Part shown: piece by piece, positions 25,976 through 39,453 of the stretch
Numbering within the stretch: the stretch's first letter is position 1
How the letters are laid out: every line of letters starts with the position of its first letter
From: Octopus bimaculoides
Taxonomy: Eukaryota
DNA: 64,000 nucleotides
Direction of reading: 5' to 3'
Assembly: GCF_001194135.2 (NCBI RefSeq)
Contig: NC_069005.1
Location: forward strand, 8,432,787 to 8,496,786
Notes under the pieces: generated by a model
Told to the model about the DNA's origin: nothing
Seen by the model: only the letters and a program-made list of their open reading frames with translations
Database searches by the model: none
Translations under genes and position numbers: made by a program

Positions 25976-26064
25976 ATATCTTGCCTGAAAATCCTGTGAC
26001 CCCACAACTGAAACTCAGACTATCAAACAGACTGACTCAACCAAAATAACAAAATAAATATATG

Positions 26065-26109
<45 letters not shown>

Positions 26110-26114
<5 letters not shown>

Positions 26115-26300
26115 TCATCATCATCGTTTAACGTCCGCTTTCCATGCTAGCATGGGTTGGACGATTTGACTGAGGACTGGTGAAACCAGATGGCAACACC
26201 AGGCTCCAATCTAATTTGGCAGAGTTTCTACAGCTGGATGCCCTTCCTAACGCCAGCCACTCAGAGAGTGTAGTGGGTGCTTTTACGTGTCACCCGCACG
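26110..26300 (-). mobile_element. SINE-like family D, little diverged
   Basis: (ATC)n GTTTAACGTCCGCTTTCCATGCTAGCATGGGTTGGACGATTTGACTGAGG... with CpGs retained. Nearly the reverse complement of 35490-35665. Confidence 0.8.
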
Positions 26301-26409
26301 TGCAATGAAATTTGTATATATGTATAGTTCTGTATGAATGTGTGTGTGTATCTATCTATATATTTATATGTATCTATAGGTATGTATAAATAGTGTGTAT
26401 ACGTGTATG

Positions 26410-27519
26410 TATGAAGTGTCAAAATGTTCCTGGACTAGTTATGTTTGATAAAAAAAACTAAACTTATTTACCTAAGTTTTAATATCATCTCCTTTAAAAC
26501 AGTTACCTTGCACAGCAATACACTGGCCCCAGAATTCCTGCCACTTTTGGAATCTGGTGTGGAAGTCATTTTCTCGAGGATCTTCCATGGTTTGCTCTTG
26601 ACCTCGACAATGGTGTTAAAATGGTGACCTTTCAGCTGCGTCTTCATCTTGAAGAAAGATGGAAGTCTGCAGGTGCTAAATCTGGCGAATAGGACATGTG
26701 TAGAAGTAATACCATGTTGTTTTTGGTGAGAAACTCATGAGTAAGGAGAGCTTGATGAGAGGGTGCATTGTCATCATGAAGAATCCAATTCTTCATCCGG
26801 TCCCTTTTGCTGAATGTCCTCCCTCAAACACTTCAAAATGTTGCAGTAGGACTCTCAGTTGATGGTCTGGTCCTCAAGGACGAATCCTCGATGCACAATA
26901 CTGCAGGTATCGAAAAAAAGGATGAGCATGCTCTTGATTGTGTTGCAGCTATGTGGTACTTTCTTCGGTCATGGAGATGAAGGCCTCTTCCATTGTGATG
27001 ACTGCTGCTTTGTCTCAGGGCTGTACCCCTAAACCCAACTCTCATCACCCGTGATGATCTTTGATATGGAGGATGGGGCATCAATGGCATGCAGATGGAG
27101 ATCTTGACAGACTTTGACACAATGTTCTTTCTGCTCAGTAGTCAGCAGGTGGGGGATAAACTTGGCAGTGACACATTGCATGTTTAATCCAGACGTTAGG
27201 ATTGCCTCTGCATGGATCCATACAACAGACCAACAACATCAACAATGTCATTGGTTGTCCTCCGATCATCCTCATGCACAAGATGATGAATTTTCTCCGC
27301 ATTTCCAGAGGTGATGCTCGTGGCAGGTCTTCCAGATTGCTCCTTGCCTTCCAGGGATGTTCTTCCACTTTTCAAGGACGTGTGCCACTTGAAACATTGT
27401 GATGTCACTTGGCACACTTGGCCTTTTGACGGTCATTGCCAGTTCTCACTGCACATGCAACCATGTGCTGACATCTGTTGGTGTGCTACAGAACTAGTCT
27501 GGGAACTTTTGGGTGGAGT

Positions 27520-27523
<4 letters not shown>
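26410..27523 (-). mobile_element. Defective mariner (DD34D) transposon with both TIRs
   Basis: TIRs TATGAAGTGTCAAAATGTTCCTGGACTAGTTATG / CAGAACTAGTCTGGGAACTTTTGGGTGGAGTTGTA. Minus-strand fragments: FKWHTSLKSGRTSLEGKEQSGRPATS, AKFIPHLLTTEQKEHCV, IITGDESWV*GYSPETKQQSSQWK, KSMLILFFD. Multiple stops and frameshifts. Confidence 0.9.
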
Positions 27524-27579
<56 letters not shown>

Positions 27580-27648
27580 GATAGATACATACATACAAAT
27601 ATGTGTATATGTAGATTTATTTAGCTGTGCCTGTTCATATGTATATGC

Positions 27649-27686
<38 letters not shown>

Positions 27687-28376
27687 GGATACACACACAC
27701 TCATAGATTGGGTGTTGTATGTGTAAGTTTTTGAGAACAAGACTTGCACATACAAAATAAAGTACTCACCAGTTCAACTTAAAACATGTGCTATTTCATT
27801 TGTGTGTACATTATTATTGTCTAATATATTCCTGTTCTGATTTTAAGGGATCTTCTTCATAACTTGCATCTATTTTTGACCATTAACATTTCAATATCTG
27901 CTTTTCCATGCTGTCATGGGTTGGACATGCTTCATTGAAGCAGAATTTTATGACTTGATGCCCTTTCTCTCACCACTCTTTTTAGTCACCTATTCTGACT
28001 TAGAGGGACAAAGTGTACCTATTTGAGAACTTGCATTTGTTTGGTACTTTATTTTCGTTTTCCTTTGTAGCCCTCACTTGTCACAGACATCATCTGTCAT
28101 ATTACATTTAAAATGAGACCCACTCCTAAATATTTCATATCTGCCTTTATCTACTTATATATATTGCATGTCTTTTAGTGAAAATGTCTTGTAATGTTAA
28201 TAAGTTAATAGGAGTTAATAAAAGTGAGGGATTTGGGGGAAGGTTTGGAAAGAAAGCATTGAACAACAAAAATTGAAACAATACAGCAATGCAATACTTG
28301 AAAAGAGGTGAAAACTGGAACAAACACACCCCACCATATGTATGTGTATATGCAAGTATGTATATTGAAATATGTA

Positions 28377-28407
<31 letters not shown>

Positions 28408-28696
28408 ATACACACACAAGTACTCTCACACACACATTCTGTGTGTGTCTTTCAATGATATTGGTGTAACATATAAAATGTAGGTGAGAAAAAAATCTAT
28501 GCTTTATGATAAATATCTCTTGCAATATTTGTCCTGTATTGAGTTAGACACCCTTTTATCATTCATTCTATCAGGAATACAGTGAATCATTGATTGGCCA
28601 GTTGGAAACTGACAGCCAACCAATAGAAATGCTATTGTTCACAAATTGCTTGATGGTAAACATGGGGTTAAAAAACAGTTTCAGATGGATGCCTTT

Positions 28697-28736
<40 letters not shown>

Positions 28737-30196
28737 TGCATACACAGACATGCACAACACACACACACACATTAAGGCATGTAAGCCACCACATTGATGG
28801 TTAAACAATACAGAAATGGTTCTGCATGTCTAGTTTTTCCAGCACAATAAAAGGACCTCTACATTTCATTATTTATTGTTGTTTAGCTCCCTTTGGTCAA
28901 ATGTGTTACAGCTATATCTCTTTTACTCTTTTACTTGTTTCAGTCATTTGACTGCGGCCATGCTGGAGCACCGCCTTTAGTCGAGCAAATCGACCCCAGG
29001 ACTTATTCTTTGGATGTCTGAACAATTTTTTTTTAAAGATGCATTATCCAATATGTCCTTCATTTTTGACTCAATACTGTTGTTGTGTTTAGCCTCTGGT
29101 CAGTTCTGAAGCAACAGAACTATGATCAAAGACGTTCTGGCTGTGACCATCTTGTAATTTTTTTTTTTACAAGTGTGTCTACGATCACATTATCCAATTG
29201 TACTTTGTTTCTCAAGACAGGGATTTGAAAAATATTTGGCTTCAGTTTCTATAGCTGATGGAGTCTCTGTTTTTAAGACTCAATCAAAGAATTTGATGTT
29301 TATTTTTTTGAGTTCCAAATTTTTCTTGATGCCATCTCAGCCATCAGTTGCTTTGACCAGATTCCCCAAATTCCTAGAAAATGCTTTAGTCAGTTACATT
29401 TTGTGTTAGGAAACCAAAATAGATTCAAGTTCAAATCACAGAAAAGATTTATAATAACTATTTCACTGGCTTAATATCCTCATTATGTATCAATTGATTA
29501 AATGAAGGTGGATGGTTGGGTAAATTACACAATTGTTGTATTGCTCCTAGGTATTCTCCCATTAAACTGAAATGTTCCAGATGTGACTGTTCTATTTTCA
29601 TTTTGCTGATGTAAAATACATTGGTTGGTGGATTGATAGAGTCATTAACTGTGGTGGTATCCCAGCTCTGAGTTCAAATCTTGCTGAAATTAGCTTGGCC
29701 TTTCATATTTCCAATCTTTATAAACAAAGTACCAGTCGAGTACTGAAGTTGATTCCTCTTTCTCTCTCCCCCTCTTTTTATCTCGCTTTATCTCTCAGAA
29801 TTGGCTACGTTGCATTGTGAACTAGTTAGAATGAGTTCATTCATAGAAATCTTTCCTTTGTATGTTAGATGAGTGTTTGAGCATGGGGCTAGCAGAAACC
29901 ACTTATCATAGAAACACTGATACACTAATAAAACTGTTCAAGACTAAATCATTGTACTGTGTTGCTCAGCAATGGTAACAATAAAAATAATAAATACAAG
30001 ATAATGTTATCCAATGTAATTCTCATTTTTGAAACAGCAGGATGTGATTGAGGGTGATTTCGCTGTTATATCCACAGCTTCAACCATCCACTTAGAGGCT
30101 TCCTTTCTTTTACTGGCGGTGGTAGAAAGGTGAGTTATGAGAATGAATAAGGAATTAAGATAAGTTCAATACCAGGTTGCATTTAAAATTCATTCG

Positions 30197-30285
<89 letters not shown>

Positions 30286-31323
30286 GTATGTGTGTATATT
30301 CATTTGTATACATTTGTATATATATATATGTGTATGTGTGTATATATACATACATATAAATTTGTATATGTATACATATATATTTATGCATACACTCACA
30401 CACACACATATATTATTTGATGAAATGGTGAAAATGGATCTACTATTTCTCATGAGTGGAATTAATAATATTAGTCATGATAATCACATCATCATTATTA
30501 TCATCATCACCATAATCAACAACAATGAACACACACACGTGTGCACGCGCACACACACACACACACACACACACTCAATGTAACACCCCATCACCACCAC
30601 CACCACCACCACCACCACCATCACCATCATTTGTATTTTCAATCATTATGATAATTTGATAAAAACAAAAACCAAGGAAGGAAATAATAATAATAATAAT
30701 AATAATCTTTATTGTTTCTTTGCTTTTTTTTTTTAATTGTGTTTATTNNNNNNNNNNNNNNNNNNNNNNNNNNNNNNNNNNNNNNNNNNNNNNNNNNNNN
30801 NNNNNNNNNNNNNNNNNNNNNNNNNNNNNNNNNNNNNNNNNNNNNNNNNNNNNNNNNNNNNNNNNNNNNNNNNNNNNNNNNNNNNNNNNNNNNNNNNNNN
30901 NNNNNNNNNNNNNNNNNNNNNNNNNNNNNNNNNNNNNNNNNNNNNNNNNNNTGATAATGACAACAATATATAAATGATATAATGATATAATCGGAATAAT
31001 AACTTTGTATGCCATGTATGGCTTGATTGTCTGCATTTCCTGTGTTATCTAATATACCATCTGTGATTTGAGTGATTGATTGATTGGTTGGTCGATCAGT
31101 TGGTTGGTGGGGAGGGGAGGGATGCGGAGGAGTGAGTGAGTGAGGGAAGGAGGGAGAGAAGCATGTTTGAATTTGTGTCTCATTGTAATGGTGTGTGTGT
31201 GTGTGTGTGTGTGTTTGTGTGTTTGAGATGGATAGATAGATTGAGAGAGCATAGAATATCTGTGAATGTGTGTGTGTGTGTGTGTGTATCTGAGGAAGAG
31301 AGAATAGAAAGTCTGTGATTGTG

Positions 31324-31356
<33 letters not shown>

Positions 31357-31645
31357 ATGTATGCACGTGTGTGCGTCTGAGATGGTTAGATAGATAGAGA
31401 AAGAGAGAGTAAATAGAGTAGCTGTGATTGTATGTGTGTATTTCAGATAGATAGATAGAATGTGTGCATGTGAGCGTGTGTGTGTGTGTGTGTGTGCGTG
31501 CACATGCTAGAGACTGAATACATAGACAGATAGATAGAAAGAGAGAAATGCAGTTATAAGGGAATGATGTATCATAATATGATGAGGATGTTGTTGATGA
31601 TAGTGTTAAAGTTTGTCTATGACAATGCAGGTGTGAATATACACA

Positions 31646-31687
<42 letters not shown>

Positions 31688-31780
31688 TGAGAGATGAAAA
31701 GAGAGGCACTGTGTATGTGTGGGGTAGAAGAAGAAGGATGTGGAATAATATGGAGTACTGTTTCATATCAGTAATAGTTA

Positions 31781-31816
<36 letters not shown>

Positions 31817-32435
31817 GATGGTCACTGTATTAAACTTTGTCTATGACGTGTGTATGTATGTGTATATGTGAGAGAGAGAGAGGTAGTAAAAGGTAAAGTA
31901 TTGTTTTTATATCAGTGGCATGATGATGACTGTATGTGTCCTACAGAGAGAGAGAGAGAGATAAAGCACTGGTTCATAACAATAGCTTCATAATAATGGT
32001 GTTGACGAAGATGATGAGAATAATGGGTTTGTTGTTGGTTTAGTTCCACTATGATAACAATATTTGGAGAGATGGATGATGTTTGCACTAATTATTATTA
32101 TTACCGTCATCGTCATCATCATCATCATCATCATCATCATGAATCACTCTTGCCATGATGCAAGCTGACACTGATTTGCTTTATATATGCATTGGTCTAT
32201 GAAACATCAACTCCAGCCAATAACTCCTAATATACACACTAATATACACTTGTACCGTAGGAACACTCAAACATGTGCATATATATATATATATCTTTTC
32301 ATACACATACATATGCATATACATAAATCGATATGTGCAGAAGCCCACACACACACACACACACACTTATGTGTGTATATAATGCATATATATAACACTT
32401 ATATATGCTATATATACACACACATACATACATAG

Positions 32436-32466
<31 letters not shown>

Positions 32467-32480
32467 TATGTGTGCTGTAC

Positions 32481-32547
<67 letters not shown>

Positions 32548-33631
32548 TATATGATACGTATGTATCATATATATGTACATATATATAAATATATACAGAC
32601 ACACACATATATATATATATATATGTATATGTATGTATATATATATATATATATATACATATATATATGATACATACATATGCTGTATAAATATATATAT
32701 AGAGATATCATATACATGTGCACACATGCACATACACACGCATGTATGCGCATGTGTATTTTGGTAAATGATGGCAGAATTGGTGCGTCAAACAACAATA
32801 CCTTATGGCATTTTGTTCTGTATTGGTTATCTTTATGCCCTGTTGACTTTGCCTTTAGTTTCCACCAAGATCGATAACATGAGTACGAGATTAAAGTACT
32901 GGGAGGAGGCGTCGATGTAATTGACCAAGAATCCTTGAAGGCAGTGCTTCAGCATGGTCGCAGTCCAATGGCTACAACCAGCAAAGGGATAAAAGAGAGA
33001 AAACATACATGTGTATGAATATATACATGTGCATACATACATACAAACATATAGGTGGATATGTGTGCAGTTGACACTGATGCATATTTCTGCTATCATT
33101 TGTTGCTGACGAGAGATTACTCACTGTTTTCAGAATCTTTTGAAAGCATCACTTTTTCCAGCAGCGCCAAGGAATGTCAAGCTATTTTAGCCCATTATAG
33201 AATATGTCAATCCTATCCATGAATTCAGAGAGAGAGAGAGAGAGAAAGAAAGTGAGAGAGAGAGAGAGAGAGAAAGAAAGAGAGAGAAAGAGAGAGAGAG
33301 ATAGAGAGAGAAAGACATACACACTCACGCATGCACACACAAAATTTAATGAATTGGCTTCTAAAAGGTTGCATAACATGCTAGATAGAGCAACTGAATC
33401 TTCCACAATTCAGACCACACTGTTTTAAAAAGCCAATGATAGAAGTAAAAAAAAAACGATGCATCAGAACCACAATGTTTTTGGAATCTGTTGGTAGCAT
33501 CACTTTTTCCTGCACTGCTAAAGAATGCCAAGGTATTTTAGCTCAATATAAAGTATTTTATTTCTTTCATAGATTCAGCAGTCTATGATACATACAAATA
33601 CACACAGAATCCAATTGTTCTGTATGTTAAG

Positions 33632-34075
33632 TGAGTTGTTGGCTTACTTAAGCCCTTCACCCTCTATGAAGCAGAGGCCATCGATAACTTTTCTCCACTG
33701 TTTATGATTCTGCACTGTCATTTCTGCTGCTCTCCAATTAGGTCCCTATTTTTTCAGCTCTCCTTCAATATCTTGTCTCCAGCTACTTTTAGGGCATCCT
33801 CTCTTCTGTCTCCCTTGTTGGTTCCAGGTTAGGGCCTCATGTTTCATATGTCTCCCTGAGAGAAGGCCTTCCTCTCCTAGGTCTTGTTGGTTCTGAATTG
33901 CTTCTGATGTTTTTGTAACTTCACTTTTTCTAGATAGGATTGTTGGCCTTACACAAACCTATTTTTTACACCTGGAAAGAAAGGGTCCAGCATGAGAGGC
34001 CCTACTAGGATTTGGTGCCCCACTGGCTTAGCTCTCGGGGTCATTACAACTCATAAACCACTTCATTGCAACTAG
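33632..34075 (-). mobile_element. Short RTE-derived element: putative 5' UTR joined to ORF C-terminus and 3' tail
   Basis: The 3' part translates ALTWNQQGRQKRGCPKSSWRQDIEGELK (RTE C-terminal ALxWNPQGKRxRGRPKxTW motif) and ends TAAGTAAG. The 5' part GACCCCGAGAGCTAAGCCAGTGGG...CCTAGTAGGGCC...AAGGCCAACAATCCT resembles RTE 5' UTRs (from recall). Confidence 0.6.
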
Positions 34076-35131
34076 ACCTTGTAGTGAATATGTCAGAAAA
34101 TAACAACTGAATATCCAACAAATCACACCATATTGTTTTAAAGAGAAAATAAAGACCTATTGGATTGTGCGGTTTTAGACACACTAAATGTGCCCAGTGC
34201 ATTCTGTAAAGTGGTTAGCAATAGTACAGGCAACCAGTCATGGAAATCAAAGCAAAATGTCATGCATGAGCATCAGACCATGGAAGCAGTTGCTCCCAAT
34301 AAAAAATAACTCAGACCCCTCGAACCCTTGCCAGTAAGGCAAGCAGATGTAAAATGAAAATGATATGGAAGTTATTGGCATACAGAATTAAACAGTCAGT
34401 TAAATAAAATGTTAACTTGGAACAGGAGCCTTTATTCTCTGCTAAACAGGCCAAGTTGAGACCAGCAGGAATTGAACTCACAACTTATATATATATGGAA
34501 GAAGATGAAACTAAATAATATAAGACAAATTATTGTTTGGTACTCTACTTTCTATCTATTTTTTTTTGTTTTGTTTTTGTTTAGCTGCTGCTGCTCTCAT
34601 CTCATCAATAAATAAATATTTCACATGCACACATTTTACTCTTGTGATGTGAGTTAATTGATGAGAATTTTTTGAAACTTGCATATTTCTGTGACTGACT
34701 AAAAGTGTTTGTTTGCTTCTTTCTCATTTTTTCTTCTTATTCTGTCGTCTGTCTTCTTCTTCTTTGCTTTCCTTCTTTCTCTCCATTTTCTTCTTTCTCG
34801 TCCTTTTCCTCTTTCTTACTTTCTTTTTCTACCTTACTTTATCTTTTTGTCTTTTTATTTTTCTTGTTTCTTCTTTCGTCTTGTTGCTGATGTTGTTGTT
34901 GCAACAGTATCAACAACAACAACAACAATAACAGCAACATGCAGCAGACATTTTGAAGCCAAGAAATCTGGTGCCCAGAAAACTTTGAGAGAGAATACTG
35001 AAATGCCAGTGTGAAGAATTTCATTATATAATATGGAGGGGATGTTTGGGGTGAGGCAGGAAGATACATAATGAAGAATGGTTATAAACATGATTAAAAT
35101 TTGAAATGTTTGCAGCTCAGGCAACAGCGGA

Positions 35132-35175
<44 letters not shown>

Positions 35176-35368
35176 TTAAATACTTTAAGCTTGGTGATGC
35201 TGTTTTGAGTTCAGCTCTTGTTGCAGTGGACATTACCTCTCTGCGGTTATTGTTGTTGTTCTTATTGAGCTTCAGGTTTGCCCTGATTGAGCTTTCAGAC
35301 CTATGATGAAAGACATTTCAACTTTTATCATCGCATGTTTTTCTCAGTCTGCCTATTTGGCTGCCTGT

Positions 35369-35370
<2 letters not shown>

Positions 35371-35449
<79 letters not shown>
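35371..35449. repeat. (TATC)n tetranucleotide microsatellite
   Basis: Direct sequence; about 20 units. Confidence 0.95.
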
Positions 35450-35450
<1 letters not shown>

Positions 35451-35459
35451 GTCTGTCTG

Positions 35460-35665
35460 GGTGTGTGGCCCTCGTGCCAGTGGCATGTAAACGCACCCAC
35501 TACGCCCTCAGAGTGGTTGACACTAGGAAGGTCATCCAGCTGTAGAAACTCTGCCAGATCAGATTGGAGCCTGGTGCAGCCATCTGGTTCGCCAGTCCTC
35601 AGTCAAATCGTCCAACCCATGCTAGCATGGAAAGCGAACTTTAAATGACGATGATGATGATGATA
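35460..35665 (+). mobile_element. SINE-like family D
   Basis: GGCATGTAAACGCACCCACTAC...AGGAAGGTCATCCAGCTGTAGAAACTCTGCC...CCAACCCATGCTAGCATGGAAAGCG, then (GAT)n. Confidence 0.8.
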
Positions 35666-36119
35666 TCAGGCATGTTATAAGCCTTGTGGTCTGCAACAAA
35701 TCTCATGGCTGAAGCATTTGCTTTCGATGCTAACTTCTTAACTACAGCCATGCTCATATGATAGGATGGAAATATGAACAACAAATAGTTCAGTGAAGAA
35801 AAAAAAACAAAAAAAAAACAACAAAAAATAAAAATAAAAACTTGAAATAATTGACTTTATAAAATTGATTTCCTTTCTAATTAAAGGACAGAAACATTAT
35901 AAAATATGTCAATAGAAATAAGTGGGTGCTTGGTTTGCCATAAATATATAAATGCTAGGTTTTTTTCTTAAAACATGAGTGCTATATATGTTCTTAATAG
36001 CTGAGTGGTAGGTTTGTTCTTAATAGGTAAGTACTAGGTTGGTTGCAATACAATAATTTTTTACTGAGCATTCTTTGATTTGCTGCTGATATTTAGAGAA
36101 ATGATACTAATGTGTGTCC

Positions 36120-36400
36120 TCATCATCATTGTTTAACGTCCATTTTCCATGCTGGCATGGGTTGGATAGTTCGACTGGGGACTGGCGAGCCAGGAGGCTG
36201 CATCAGGCTCCAATCTGATCTGGCAATCTTTCTACAGCTGGATGCCCTTCCTAATGCCAACCATTCTGAGAGTGTAGTAGGTGCTTTTTAAGTGCCACCA
36301 GCACAGGAGCCAGTCAGGTGGCACTGGCATCGGCCACGTTCAGATGGTGCTTTTCCTGTGCAACTGGCATGAGGAGCCAGTCAGGCAGCACTGGCAACGA
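36120..36400 (-). mobile_element. SINE-like family D
   Basis: Reverse-complement copy facing the 35460-35665 copy. Confidence 0.8.
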
Positions 36401-36954
36401 CCAAGCCTATTTGGTATTTTAAGCTTTATAAATCATAGACACCTTTTGGTAAAATCAATTGACAAAATGGCACAGTTGCCTTCCAGTGCATATATATTTT
36501 CTCTCTCTCTGAATACATACATACATACAGACATACATACATAATATAGGCAGTTAGGGCAAATCCCAGCTGTTTGCTTTTGAAGCAAGTCTGCTTATTC
36601 CATTATTACAATCCAATATGTAGTCTCAGTTGCTGCTGTATGTTAGTTCAAAATACATATTAAAATTGAGAATTATGGAAAAATTACTTGCAGAGTCATT
36701 GTATAACAAAACAGGAAATTGGAAATAATACCAAAAAATTTCCAATTTCCTGTTTTGTTATGCATAGATACATATAGGTGTGTGTGTGTGTGTGTGTGTT
36801 GATATCTTTGTCTTGCTAATTGAGTAAAAATATACTTCACTAATGTGATCTTCTACGACTGAAACATATCTGTTGCTTTCACCAGTTAGCTATACAGAGC
36901 AGGTCTTCTCCAAACTGCATTATTTATATATTGTCCAAAAATTACATACAGATG

Positions 36955-37375
36955 CAGGGGTAGCTGTTTAAATAAGAAGTTTGCTTTGCAGCCACATGGT
37001 TATGGGTTCAGTCCCACTGTGTGGCATCTTGGGCAGAAGTATTTAGTTATAGTCCCAGGCTGACCAAAGCCTTGTGAGTAGATTTGGGAGATGGAAAATG
37101 TATGGAGGTCAATTATACATGTGTGGGTGTGTATGAGAGTGTGTGATGTGTTGATATCTATGTATATATGTATGTATATGTGTTTGTCCATACCCCACTG
37201 CTTGACAACCATATCGGTTTGTATATATCCTTGTAACTTAGTGGTTCAGCAAAATAGACTGATAGAATAAGAACCAGGCTTGGAAAATAATTACTGGGGT
37301 TGATTCGTTTCACTAAACTATAGAAAGCAGTGCCCCAGTATGGCCGCAGTCCAATGACTAACTCAAGTAAAAGAT
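36955..37375 (+). mobile_element. Full-length SINE family B (head, internal TG/TA microsatellite, tail)
   Basis: Head GCAGGGGTAGCTG...GGGTTCAGTCCCACTGTGTGGC, a microsatellite linker, then tail CCACTGCTTGACAACC...GGCCGCAGTCCAATGACTAACTCAAGTAAAAG. Confidence 0.75.
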
Positions 37376-37949
37376 AAGCTACTTCTTAACCACACACACA
37401 CACACACACACACACACAAGCGCACACACATCTATGTGTGTTCTATATATCTTTCTCACACACACTTCATTTTCATCTTGGTACAATGCTCTTCTTTAAC
37501 ACTGATCTGCTTTACCCTCCAGCACAAGTTTTGTTTAAAGACAAATAAACAGAAAGCATTTTTCAACTTTGATAAACAAAACACATTTACTGCGTGCGCG
37601 CGCACGCACACACACACACACACATGCAATATTTATAATGCTGTATGTACTTTTGTGTTCAAAACTATGCATATGCAACAATATATGTCTGTTTAAATAT
37701 TGTCTTTGACAAACAAAAGATTACCACCACCACTGGCAACGAGATCACCTGCACCAGCATCACCACAACCGCAACCACAACCATAAACAATAACTAACTC
37801 CACGACTACCACCACTAAAGGCAGTAATTTTCACCACAACCAATAACAAAATTGAGCAAGAGTGAAAGTCTTTGTGGTTATCTGGTCAGCTAGAAATAAC
37901 AGCCGAATCTCCCTCAAGTACCCACTTCCTATTTTGCAGGATTTTTCAA

Positions 37950-38170
37950 GCCAAGCCAACTAGCAGGAGACTTAGGGGTAGAGCAAGAATGAGAATGGCT
38001 GGATGACAACCATAGTCTCAGTTGGTCATTCTTGGGAATCCAGGTGGGAAGTGTAATAACAGTTGCTTCTGATAGGATCCTATGGAGGAAGTGCCTGAGG
38101 ACTCTACACTGACAACCCTTCCAGGAAGCGCAGGTGGAGAAGATGGATGGATAGATGGATAGATGGATGG
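37950..38170 (+). pseudogene. 5'-truncated RTE (Expander/Rex3-like) 3' end with (GGAT)n tail
   Basis: Translates with a frameshift as SRRLRGRARMR(W)LDD.HSLSWSFLGIQVGSVITVASDRILWRKCLRTL, matching GRRPRGRPRxRW.D....L.W..LGI....VA.DR..W. Ends GATGGATGGATAGATGG. Confidence 0.7.
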
Positions 38171-38580
38171 TTCTGAGTTAATGTAAAACGATGGGATGAT
38201 CATGGCTGGAATGCCTTCATTCATAGGGCGTCTCAGTCAACATTGATCTTGTACTAAATGTCCATAGCAGTGCTATCACCATCAGTCAGTCCATCACTAC
38301 TAAGAACATCGTCATCATAACAATGACGGCGACCACCACCGCTACCACCTCAAATACTAACCCTCATTATGACTACAGTTATTGACACAAATAATTGCCT
38401 AAACTCATATCCTTCAAAGTATAGATAAAAAGATGCAGCAAACCCTCGCACCCATACCATCTCTCTCTCCCCCTCACTCCCTCTCTCTCACACACATACT
38501 CTCAATCTCTTTCACATTCTCTCTCTTTCTCTCATTCACTCGCTTTCTTGCCCTTTAACTGTCTCTTTCTCATTCTATGT

Positions 38581-38617
<37 letters not shown>

Positions 38618-38872
38618 CTGTCTGTCTCTCACTCTCTCTCTCTCTCTCAAACACACACACACACAGAATCTTTGAAAAACCAACAATTCTCATTATGCTT
38701 GTTTCATTCATTCAGAACAAAAACAATATTTTCTGTCTTTTGTTTCACTTCACTACAAAAACTAAAAATTCTTTTCCTGTTTTTTTTTTCTTTTTGTTTA
38801 ATATTTTTAAACTTAATTAATTATTGATTTTTACTTTCATTTACATATTTATAAGTGTGATTGAACACACAT

Positions 38873-38904
<32 letters not shown>

Positions 38905-39118
38905 GTATGTTTGTGTATGTTGATGTATATGGATGTGTGTGTGTATAATGATTATATGCATAGTCTTGTGTATATATTTGTATATGTATATCAAATAATG
39001 TATATATGTGTGTGTATAATATATATTAGCCAAAGTACTAACATAGTGAAAGGAAATGTTTATTAACCAATGTATATGATTTATATTTACACAGATACAG
39101 ACATACATATATATATAC

Positions 39119-39172
<54 letters not shown>

Positions 39173-39453
39173 TCTTAAAATTTCTATTTTTCAATCTTTC
39201 ATTAAGTTACGATTGTCAGATGATAATTTACATTAATTACTCAGTGTTACTTATGTCAAATACTTAATTAGAAAGAGAAAGTTAAATGACTGTTCTGATG
39301 TCTTAATCTCTCCATATTAAAAATCCAGCTAAGTACTGTGGTTGGGAGGTTATCAAATGTTCCCTCCTTTGCTCAGAATTGCTGGTCTTGTGCTAAAATT
39401 AGAAAGAGTCATTACGTTAAAACAAGTTAGTACAGTTCTCTTGTGACTTAGCT

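Noticed and set aside
29173-29409. 78-aa ORF in unique sequence
   Set aside because: No recognisable motif and no coherent splice pair; the length is within chance for 64 kb in six frames.
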